The notes below the pieces were generated by a model. The model had not been told where the DNA came from and searched no databases. It was given only the letters and a program-made list of their open reading frames with translations. This document shows positions 55,747-64,000 of a stretch of 64,000 nucleotides of DNA, one piece after another. Source of the DNA: Fimbriosthenelais zetlandica (taxonomy: Eukaryota); contig OZ365112.1 in NCBI GenBank assembly GCA_977030845.1, positions 15,686,001 through 15,750,000 of the forward strand, written 5' to 3'. The position numbers and the translations under genes are program-made. Position 1 is the first letter of the stretch, and each line of letters starts with the position of its first letter.

Positions 55747-55850
55747 ATTTGCGCAAGCGCTTCGAGCGAGAACCAATCAGCACCACCGCTGAGCTCCAGT
55801 CGCAGGTCCAGCTCCAGTGTTTGCCGCCAGATGGCCTACCTCTGCCACAG
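55747..55850 (+). CDS. unc-5: UNC-5 coding exon 3: Ig1/Ig2 junction and first half of Ig2 (YLRKRFEREPISTTAELQSQVQLQCLPPDGLPLPQ)
   Basis: Acceptor TTTTCAG| at 55746 and donor CAG|GTGGGT at 55851. T+AT restores Tyr, giving IAYLRKRFEREP (cf. the UNC5 hallmark IAYLRKNFxQEP), followed by QCxPPxGxP. 104 nt, phase 1-0. Confidence 0.97.
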
Positions 55851-58431
55851 GTGGGTGGAAAATATTATTAGGGAGAGGGGCCTAAATCTCCGCCGCTCTC
55901 TCCGCACTCTTTACTGGGAACCCTCTGAAGTCAAGGCCCTCGGGCGCTAAGCCCTAATCACGATGCGGGGACTACATCGTTTCTAATCCATTGGCAATGA
56001 AGCCAGTCAAAGCCTAACCGGAAAATCCTATCTTAATACAAAGTTACATACAAGGTTGTAATGGAGCTTACAATAGATTCTACTAGTTCAATAGCGCCTC
56101 ATCCTATTTGCTACTTAAATGTACACATTTACATTGGGTCTATAGGCTATTGTAAGTAACGCCTTAGGGTTTACAATAACGGCGAGTCGTGGGTTGATGT
56201 AATCGTCTGCGTGGGGTCTGAAGATGGTAACATCATTTAGGGAGAAAGCGTTCAATACTCCTCACTTTCACTGTGTTGAGTCCTCCTATTAATTTACACA
56301 TCTTATTATACCAAATGAGAAAGATTCTTTTAAGATTTGCAAGATATTTTATCACCTGTTCGGCATTAAATTTCCTCTCGTTCTGGCTTTTTATCCTTCC
56401 ATCAACGTAATACACACACTATGAGAACTATGGTCTGCATCTTTAAGAATCATTGTTCTCTTCTCCGCAATAAGCCATGAATTAATTCATGTATCCGGTT
56501 TCCATGAGTGCACCTGTAGTTGTATCATTTTACATAATGCATTTCAACCAGGTAAAATTCACCTCTAACTTTTCCCTTTTTTTCTTCTGGTGATGAACTT
56601 CTTCACTAATGTAGGCCTAGGTAGATTGTCTGATTCATAACCTGGCTAGGCGAGCATGGGGGTCTGCTTAGATTACAAATGCGTGTTCTGATCGTGCTGT
56701 CGGAGAGATAATTTGATATGCTTTATTATTACCTGAGGGTTCGCGACAGGGCTCAGCCAGGACTCCATGCTGAAATAGCCTGGGAAATGGCATTAAATGA
56801 TTGACATCCTGTGACAGGGTGGAACCCCCTCATGCTTCCCTTCTTTTGTTCGTACCTTTTGTATTATGACCTTCCATGGCTCCCTGGGGCTTTCAATGAA
56901 AAGAGAAATTTTTGACACATTTTACTCCCCTTATTCAGCAAGTGGATGCCCTGGCTGCATGCATATTAAGGGGTCTATAATGTTATGGGAACTTTATACA
57001 TTCAAGATCGGATTCATGCACCCTTTATCCACTCTAAAATTGAAATTATATATGCGTTTAACGGTTTTAATCTTGAGATATGAAGGCCCTTTTGCAAGGG
57101 AGTTATCAGTACAAATGTACATAATAATTTTCTTCAGAATGTTCCCACGTCACTCTGTCAAAACTAGAAATAACCTTCACCATAATTTATCCTCTATTAA
57201 ATATAATAATTGGCCAAATTTTCAGCATTAGCGACCTTTTCGAATTGAGGTGAAATGTCTTTATAACCAATATTATTTGGGATGGAAAGGCCAGTTGTAC
57301 ATCTGTAAAAGTAAGCCTATACAGATGTCCAACTGGCATCAACCCATACTTAACTTGTCATGTCCGAAAATTGCGATCCGCCCCTTTCCAGCCCTTACCC
57401 GCGGAGTGACCCCTAAAATCTATGTCACATAAAAAACACCTTTCATAAAACTTCCCACCATCCTGAGCGTATAATGGAAGGCTTGGTTATAATTGATATT
57501 CACTTGTAGATCTCAGGCTTCATATAGACCTGCTGGGTTCATTAACCTTCCTATACCCTCTTTATTATAAAGCATATTATGAAGCATACATTGTAACAAT
57601 GTCTTGGACAGCACTTCAGGGTGATGTCCAGCACATTGTATGCTTCAGAGAGGAGAGATAACCAAGCCAATTCTAAATAGTTACATCATACACATTCGCA
57701 ATCCAGTCAGTAATTAAAACTTTACAGCAATGCCCCATGATGTCAGAACGGTTTTACATTATCTCCCTACATCAATTTGTGGACCGTACCTTTGTACGAA
57801 ATGTACGTGTTAGGCTCGCCACCTCCTCCCCTTCTTGTACACAACTTCATCTATATCTACAATGCATCCTCTACTCCGCTACCTGCAGGTGTTGGGGGCG
57901 TGAGAGCTTTGTCATGGCCAGTATTTTATCTCTAGAGTACCGCCCATATAGTGGCCTCATCGTGCCTCCAAGCATCTTTCTATTGACTTGTGTTTGTTTG
58001 AAGTTTAAAACGAAGTTACATGTATGTAAAGGTCTCCATTGTATACGGTTTTTCAGGCGCCCGAAGCTGTATATGAAACATATTCCCTAAAACTTTGGGA
58101 GAATGGAACAATGGACCTAGCCAAATGTTATCAGCTTCTTAGATGGTATATCGGCATTAAAAAGGAGAATTGATATTTGAGAACCATACCTATCTATGAA
58201 TACTATTATCCAAAATCTCTTCTCTTATAATCAATATCAGTTTTCCGGCATATAATTAACTATTCTTATCTGCCGTGTAGAACATTAATCCTTGTCCCAT
58301 GCACCTGTATTCACACTTACCTGTATTATAGAAATACAATCCTCTATATTTTATAGCATTTTTACACTCAAATCCTGTGTTTACAACACCTGTACATTGC
58401 ATAAAAGCCACCATCGTCACACTATAAAGCT

Positions 58432-58456
58432 CCCCATCCCACCCCTCATTCTCCCC
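58432..58456 (-). other. Canonical G-quadruplex motif on the - strand (intron 3)
   Basis: The + strand reads CCCC-at-CCC-a-CCCC-tcattct-CCCC. Confidence 0.5.
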
Positions 58457-58614
58457 ACTCTAACATCCTTTATGCACATCTTGACATATCTGACTCCCTA
58501 ATCTCCCACCACCATCTATTCAACACTGTCCCAACCCCCTCAGCGGTTACACCTTTGTTTATTTTCGACCTGATTTCTCGATGTTTTAAAGATAGGGAAT
58601 GATTGTCAGGGCCT

Positions 58615-58805
58615 CGATGGCGGCCCCTACCCGGCCGTGACCCATGACGTACGCCTGACGTCTGGATGACGTTGTGGGACGTACGTCCATGTGTGACTGT
58701 CAGGGCCCGGGGTCAGCTCTCGTGGCAAGATCAGGTGACAGGGACGCTGAGTTCTAAGATGTCAAACGACAACACCTGCGATCCCCCCTCTGGGAGCAGA
58801 ACGTT
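58615..58805. promoter_or_regulatory. Candidate intronic enhancer: CpG-dense patch with phased GACGT (CRE/ATF-like) cores
   Basis: About 16 CpG in 190 bp. GACGT at 58646, 58657, 58668 and 58678. Confidence 0.5.
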
Positions 58806-59329
58806 CACCTATACCTACCTGTACTGTCGCCTCTGTCAGGAGTCATAAACCACAACAAGGCGTTTGACAGAACCGAGACTTATAAGCTCTAGGGCTTTAA
58901 CCAAAAGATGACATAGATTTAGATCCCATATATTATCAACCTGCAAGGCGACCTATATTAAAATATCAGGGTATAGTAAATGGACGGAAAATACTTAAAT
59001 AAACATGAGCCAATTGAACGTCTTGAACCTTTCCCCAGGGTCCTTTATGTGTCCTATTGAGGTAGACCTATTATTTTATTTGAATGAGCTATCAAGGTAT
59101 CACCCTAATGAACCTTTTTTTCTTGACATGTTAATCATTTCATTTTGTCTGACATGTTACTCTATTTGAAACATAATATCGTTTTTGTATGTCGGAAAGA
59201 TTCTTCTTGTACCAACCTAGCTGTTAAAGACATGAAATGTCTTTCCTACATCATTTAATGGAGTTAATAAAAAATTTTGATTTGGACATTGGACATTAAA
59301 TTGATCTGACATTCCTTTATCAATTGTAG

Positions 59330-59510
59330 GTATTCTGGTTCAAGGATGGGGAAGAGATTGATGTCGGACGGGAGATCAATTTCATCATCTCAAATGAAGG
59401 CAACTTGATCATCAACCAAGCACGTCTGTCTGACATGGGCAACTACACTTGTGGCGCGCAGAATGTGGCGAGCAGAAGACTCTCTGAATCAGCCACTCTT
59501 ACTGTCTATG
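59330..59510 (+). CDS. unc-5: UNC-5 coding exon 4: second half of Ig2 (VFWFKDGEEIDVGREINFIISNEGNLIINQARLSDMGNYTCGAQNVASRRLSESATLTVY)
   Basis: Not in the ORF track; translated by hand. Acceptor TTGTAG| at 59329 and donor ATG|GTGAGT at 59511. 181 nt, phase 0-1. Carries the UNC5 Ig2 motif LIIxQARLSDxxNYTC, including the NYT sequon. Confidence 0.97.
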
Positions 59511-62500
59511 GTGAGTCTTCTTGACCAGTATAAATTTGTTGAATTTGATATTCCAATTGACACCAAAGCCGTAGCAGTCATTAAGGGAATATGATTCCTT
59601 AGTGAGAATAAGCAGATTGAATGAGATCTCCGGCAAGATTGATGGTCCCATGCAACAGATGCTGGTCCTTTTGTAGCCCAAGGAACCACCTATTTACAAC
59701 TATTTAACTCCCCAATGGCCTTCTGCCTCTCATTTAGCAGCAAAAATATATTATTCACCTTTCAGCAATGTACTCAAATGACAAAAAAAGTCAGTGTTTA
59801 GCAAACATCTGGCCCTGACTCAACTCGTCTGCTTCATATCTTCCTCTCGGCAGAGTTTTTGCTTGGCACATAAGAGTGGAAATCAGCTTTCCTCTGTAAA
59901 GCGCTGGTTGTTTGGTCATTGGGAAGTTAAGCTTTAAATAGACATAGATTAACCCCTCGTTTGACCCTCTAGGGAAACTAATGCACGGATTCAACAAAGT
60001 AATACCCCCATTCAGACCTGAATCAACAATCTCAGCAGGGGTATTATCCCAGGGCGGGCACTCAGAACCAAAGTGGGTATCTATGCTGGTCCCATTTTCA
60101 ATGAGAAAGGGGTATCACAAGCAAGTTGGGGACACTGAAATACCAGAACTAGGGGCATGGCATCAGCTGACCAATTCACAGGACACATGCGTCATCGATG
60201 TCCAGATTATGCAAAAAGAATATTAGTAATAATGCATGGTAATTTGACCCCGAGGCCAGCGGGGTCTCTTACTATGAATGAATTAAGGGAGTCCTCAGTT
60301 TGTCCATTGTTCTCCCAGTCGTAATTGATTCTAATGATAGGCCTTTTGAGCCCATGTTTTGGGGACCAGGAAAATACGACTAAAAAGTATGGCAGATTCT
60401 ATGCCAGATAACTTAAAATGTTTCTCATTAACTTTTAACAAAAACGAGGCGATGTTCTTTTGACTTGACTGTCATTTGGATTAAAACATCCCCCGTCACG
60501 AACTATATTTGCATCAGTGTAAATAATTACAGACTCAAAAAGTACAAATTTCATTAATTGGAATTATGTTCAAAGTATGACTTACTGTTTCCAATAACGA
60601 TACAATCTTTATTCAAGCTTGACGAGATGCATTTGTAAAAAAAAAAACCCCAAAAAACCCATCATTTGTGCCTTGTATGCAACAGCAATATGCTGCTTGT
60701 TAGCGTGAGCTCAGGTGTTCGTGCAGCATGGAAACATCCCTCTATTCCTCACCCACACATTCAAGCTTTTGTCTCTATCCTGGACCTTTTGTGACTCTAC
60801 ACAGCTGCCCGATGATGTTTGCATTCAAAATGCAGAATGCAACCATTGGAAAATGTGGAAGAAAAACCAGAGGCTTAAAGGGCTTAAGTAAGGTCTTTGT
60901 CGAATAACATGGTTCAGAGACTCTGGGTGACGCGTGCGCCAGGGTAGTAGCCGAGCATGGGAAAATCTGTAGGTGTTCCGATTTCTGGCTGAGCTTGCAC
61001 ATTTAAAGGCTAACATATCTATGGTTTGTGATGAGATTGAAGTGAATGAAACGACATTCAATACATTTCACATCCCTTCTCCTTTGATGTTCTGACATAG
61101 GTAATTGGTCTTAAAGAAGGAAGCATTCACAATGTATACTCATAGACTATTGTTGAATTGACTATGGTTTTCGACACTAATTGGCTTGAAGAGACAATAT
61201 TTGCATGTGACTTCTTTTTATCTAGACATGACACAAACGCTTGTCATTCATGCTAGGTGCAATTACCATCCCTTCAACCCAGCCATTCCTATTTCCTCTT
61301 TTTGTCGGGGTATTTTCCTAACCTCGCTTGGTACCAGACGGTCCCAACTGCAATTTCCTGGTGGCAATGTTTGTTTGCTCTATTGTATGTCAAGCAGCTA
61401 TATCCCTCTGTAAATTGATACTCAATGGTGTAAGTGTTGGGTGTGTAAATATGGTTATGGCTACTTAAGGAGGACCTTACTGGTGCTGTGGCTTCCCCTG
61501 CTGTGAGTGCCATTCTCGGTTGAGACCATGGTGACCGACGTCATAGGAGAGGGCTTTTGTAAATGTTGCATCCGCACGCGACCAAGCACAACCCCAGAGC
61601 ACTATCACACCTCCCACCACCATGGGACGTGAGAGGGCGATAATATAGGCATCCGCCATAGTAGAAACAAGGAGTGTGTTGCACATAAGTGGCCAAAAAG
61701 AGTTGGAAAGAGTAATTGCAAAGCAAAGATGGCTTCCGGTTGGGCAGAGGCCAGAGGGAGTTGGACACCATCGTGACGTCAAAAGAGAACGTTGTTAGTG
61801 GGGAGCCCTGGCCAGTTCATACGAGAGCTACAAACACGCTCCGGATGTTCATCCCATCTATTTCCGGTTCAGCAATGCCTCTCTTCCTGCTAAAGACCAT
61901 ATATCATGCTCTAAGAAAGAGTTTTTCCTGAATTTGCTTCCCGATTTTCGACCATTCTTCCGAGTATTGGAAATACTTCTGAATAATGGAAAGATGAATC
62001 TATGCTCTAATATTTATGAAATGCACATAACATGGGTGGTGTCCCTTGGATGAACTTCCTTTGCCATGCACAAATTTATATAGAAAATTTTATTAGTCTG
62101 AAGTCTTTTGTTAATCGATGTCCCCTCTCCACCTCTTGGGCGTTCAAGATGCAAGTCTGGGTGATAATGTGAATGAGAATTAGCCTGGGTTATAGAACTC
62201 TATATGGTTGCCAAACCTAACTGGCTAAAGGAAGGTTAACATCCAGAATTGCACAAAGGAGCTTACTTCGTATATATAAACAATACTAAAGTTCCATACG
62301 AAACTATCTTTCCAGTTCAATTACTGTTGTCAATGAAATTTCAGCTGTTGCTCATATGTATGGAAACCTATGTGGAATTTTGAATTGCTTCTCGAAGAAG
62401 TCCTCTATTCATCTCCTTTAATTCAATCAGGGAAAACTGGAGCTAATTGAGAGATTTATGAAATAAGAATAATAGATTGGTTTCAATTAAGGACAGGAGG

Positions 62501-64000
62501 AAAACAGCGTTGAAGAGAATGGGAGCCAATAATGTCAGAAGATGACGGGGGTGTGAGGAAAAAAGCAAACAGGAGGCGAGTCCCAATCGTGCCATAATAG
62601 TGTGGATGAGTAAACGCGATTAGTCGGTATGAAATTACGGCTAATTAGGCCTGGAGATCCTCAAGTGGAAGAGAATGGTGAGATTAATGTAGATGTGGAG
62701 GCTGAATCACCAGGTTGGGATGTGACTAGGGTTTGATTGATGAGAGATGGATGCCGACACTGCCCCTGGCGTGTCCCTTTAACAGCTCTCCTCTTGAGGT
62801 GCTTAGACCTGCACCGTCCCTCTTTTCATTCAGATTTTCTCTGCGGTCCCTGTGTTAGATGATCCAGAACTATTTGCCGAAAGGCCTGGGGCAATTTTAC
62901 CAAAAGAGCAGGCGGCAGTGGATGGCTTGTACGTCTGCAACCATGAACAGATACTGTCGTGGTTTTTACATGGATGAGTGAGGTGGGGGTAAATATCTAT
63001 TTCGCCCCCTTAGAGATTCGATTGGGTGAGATTTTTTCTACCCTCCCCAGGCCTGCCATCAACTCCCATCCACTCAGAGGAAAGCCTCCCGCATTGGTCT
63101 TTACATCACGGCTACTGGTTGATATGAAGATGAAATAAGTTCTATATTACATTGGACACTCATACAAGGACTTTTCTTCTTTCATTTCTGCTCATTGCAA
63201 TCCTTCATTTCCTTTTGATATAGCTGCGATGTGATCTCTATCAGGATTGAATGTATTGGACTTCACAGCTCTCCGTAAATCTGATGTGCCAATACTGCTT
63301 TTTTCCTGCTCTTTGGCTGCTGCGACATTGTTCGCTATTGCATTATATGGGCCTTTATTCACTCAAAGCACCCCCCGCAGAACACAAACTCTCCCCCACG
63401 AGGGCAAGCCTCCTCGATCCAGCCAACCGATCCTGAAAGGCAGTGTAATTAGGCAGAAAATTGAATTTATTGTCCGAATTGATCAGGATTTCCACTGCAG
63501 CTTTCAGAGGAACCTGAAAACAAAGCACCCAAAGCTCAACCTTCGCAAATAAACAGACAAACTGAATAAAAGCAATTTTTTCTAAATCCACCACAAATCA
63601 ATCATGGTATGTACTAGTGGAGGTTTGCATTATACAATCAACAAAGGCATAAAAATAGGCAATTGGGGCGAACATGCAATGGAGAGGTCAATGATTTTGA
63701 AGTCAGTCACTCATTGCCCTGTTGCACTGTGACTAATTGCCCAAATCTATAACCCCTAGTTATGCTGACACACTGATACCCCGTCTCAAGGGTGGATCAC
63801 TTGTTCGCCATTGAGTCATTGACTGTGTCATTAGGCTAGGAATTAGTGGCTTGCCCTGGGGAGGCAGTGAGCAGCAGGTGTCTGAGCTTGACAGAAGAGA
63901 ACAGATGGTCTTCCCTGCTCATCCCCCGGATCTACAGAAGCCGGGGGTTCAACCAGTGTCACATCTTGTTATCTATTAAAATGTGCCTGTGAAAAGAGAT
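59511..64000 (+). other. unc-5: unc-5 intron 4, incomplete (over 4.4 kb); the TSP1 exon is expected beyond the window
   Basis: GTGAGT donor. I found no V(N/D)GxWSxWxxW-type TSP1 exon in 59511-64000. Confidence 0.85.
61500..61870. promoter_or_regulatory. Candidate intronic promoter or enhancer (YY1-like, ETS-like, CRE)
   Basis: About 17 CpG in 360 bp. AAGATGGC at 61726 overlapping CTTCCGGT at 61733, a full TGACGTCA at 61774, CGACGTCA at 61536 and TTCCGG at 61862. Confidence 0.45.

Larger units (their letters stand above)
55851..59329 (+). other. unc-5: unc-5 intron 3 (3479 nt, phase 0)
   Basis: GTGGGT..TGTAG boundaries; frame preserved. Confidence 0.95.

Noticed and set aside
56590-56691. 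Intronic box C (GTGATGA) with downstream CTGA, resembling a C/D snoRNA
   Set aside because: No terminal stem, the nearest box D is too close and I recognised no rRNA-complementary guide.
59327-59335. AG|GT at the exon 4 acceptor, resembling a recursive splice site
   Set aside because: It is explained by the Val codon GTA of the conserved V-x-W motif; GTATTC is a poor donor and the intron is only 3.5 kb.
62919-62980. CAG|TG GAT GGC could give V-D-G in phase 1, resembling the start of a TSP1 exon
   Set aside because: It continues LYVCNHEQILSWFLHG* with no WSxWxxW or CxRGxxxRxR motif, and there is no polypyrimidine tract.
59511-63575. Soluble two-Ig decoy isoform via exon 4 read-through (TVYGESS*) with AATAAA at about 63548 and 63565
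   Set aside because: Early stops after read-through are the default, and AATAAA 4 kb away in AT-rich DNA is uninformative without 3'-end data.

Overview
Eukaryotic (invertebrate animal) genomic DNA. The one protein-coding gene I can support is the 5' part of an UNC-5 family netrin receptor on the + strand. It has four coding exons with GT-AG introns and consistent phases: signal peptide 46932-47019, Ig1 49176-49553, Ig2 5' half 55747-55850 and Ig2 3' half 59330-59510. These give 751 nt (250 codons + 1 nt), and the TSP1 and later exons lie beyond base 64000. The ~45.7 kb upstream contains no recognisable gene, RNA gene or autonomous transposon, and the other short ORFs look like noise. Sampled background is strongly CpG-poor, punctuated by short CpG-rich patches carrying transcription-factor-like motif clusters. 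I did not find a clearly new biological system. The best leads are regulatory: a uORF whose stop overlaps both start codons of unc-5, a helically phased GACGT (CRE-like) array in intron 3, and a promoter-like YY1/ETS/CRE element in intron 4. All motif and structure calls were made by eye and need computational checking. A spiralian-type host is only my impression from the Ig2 sequence.
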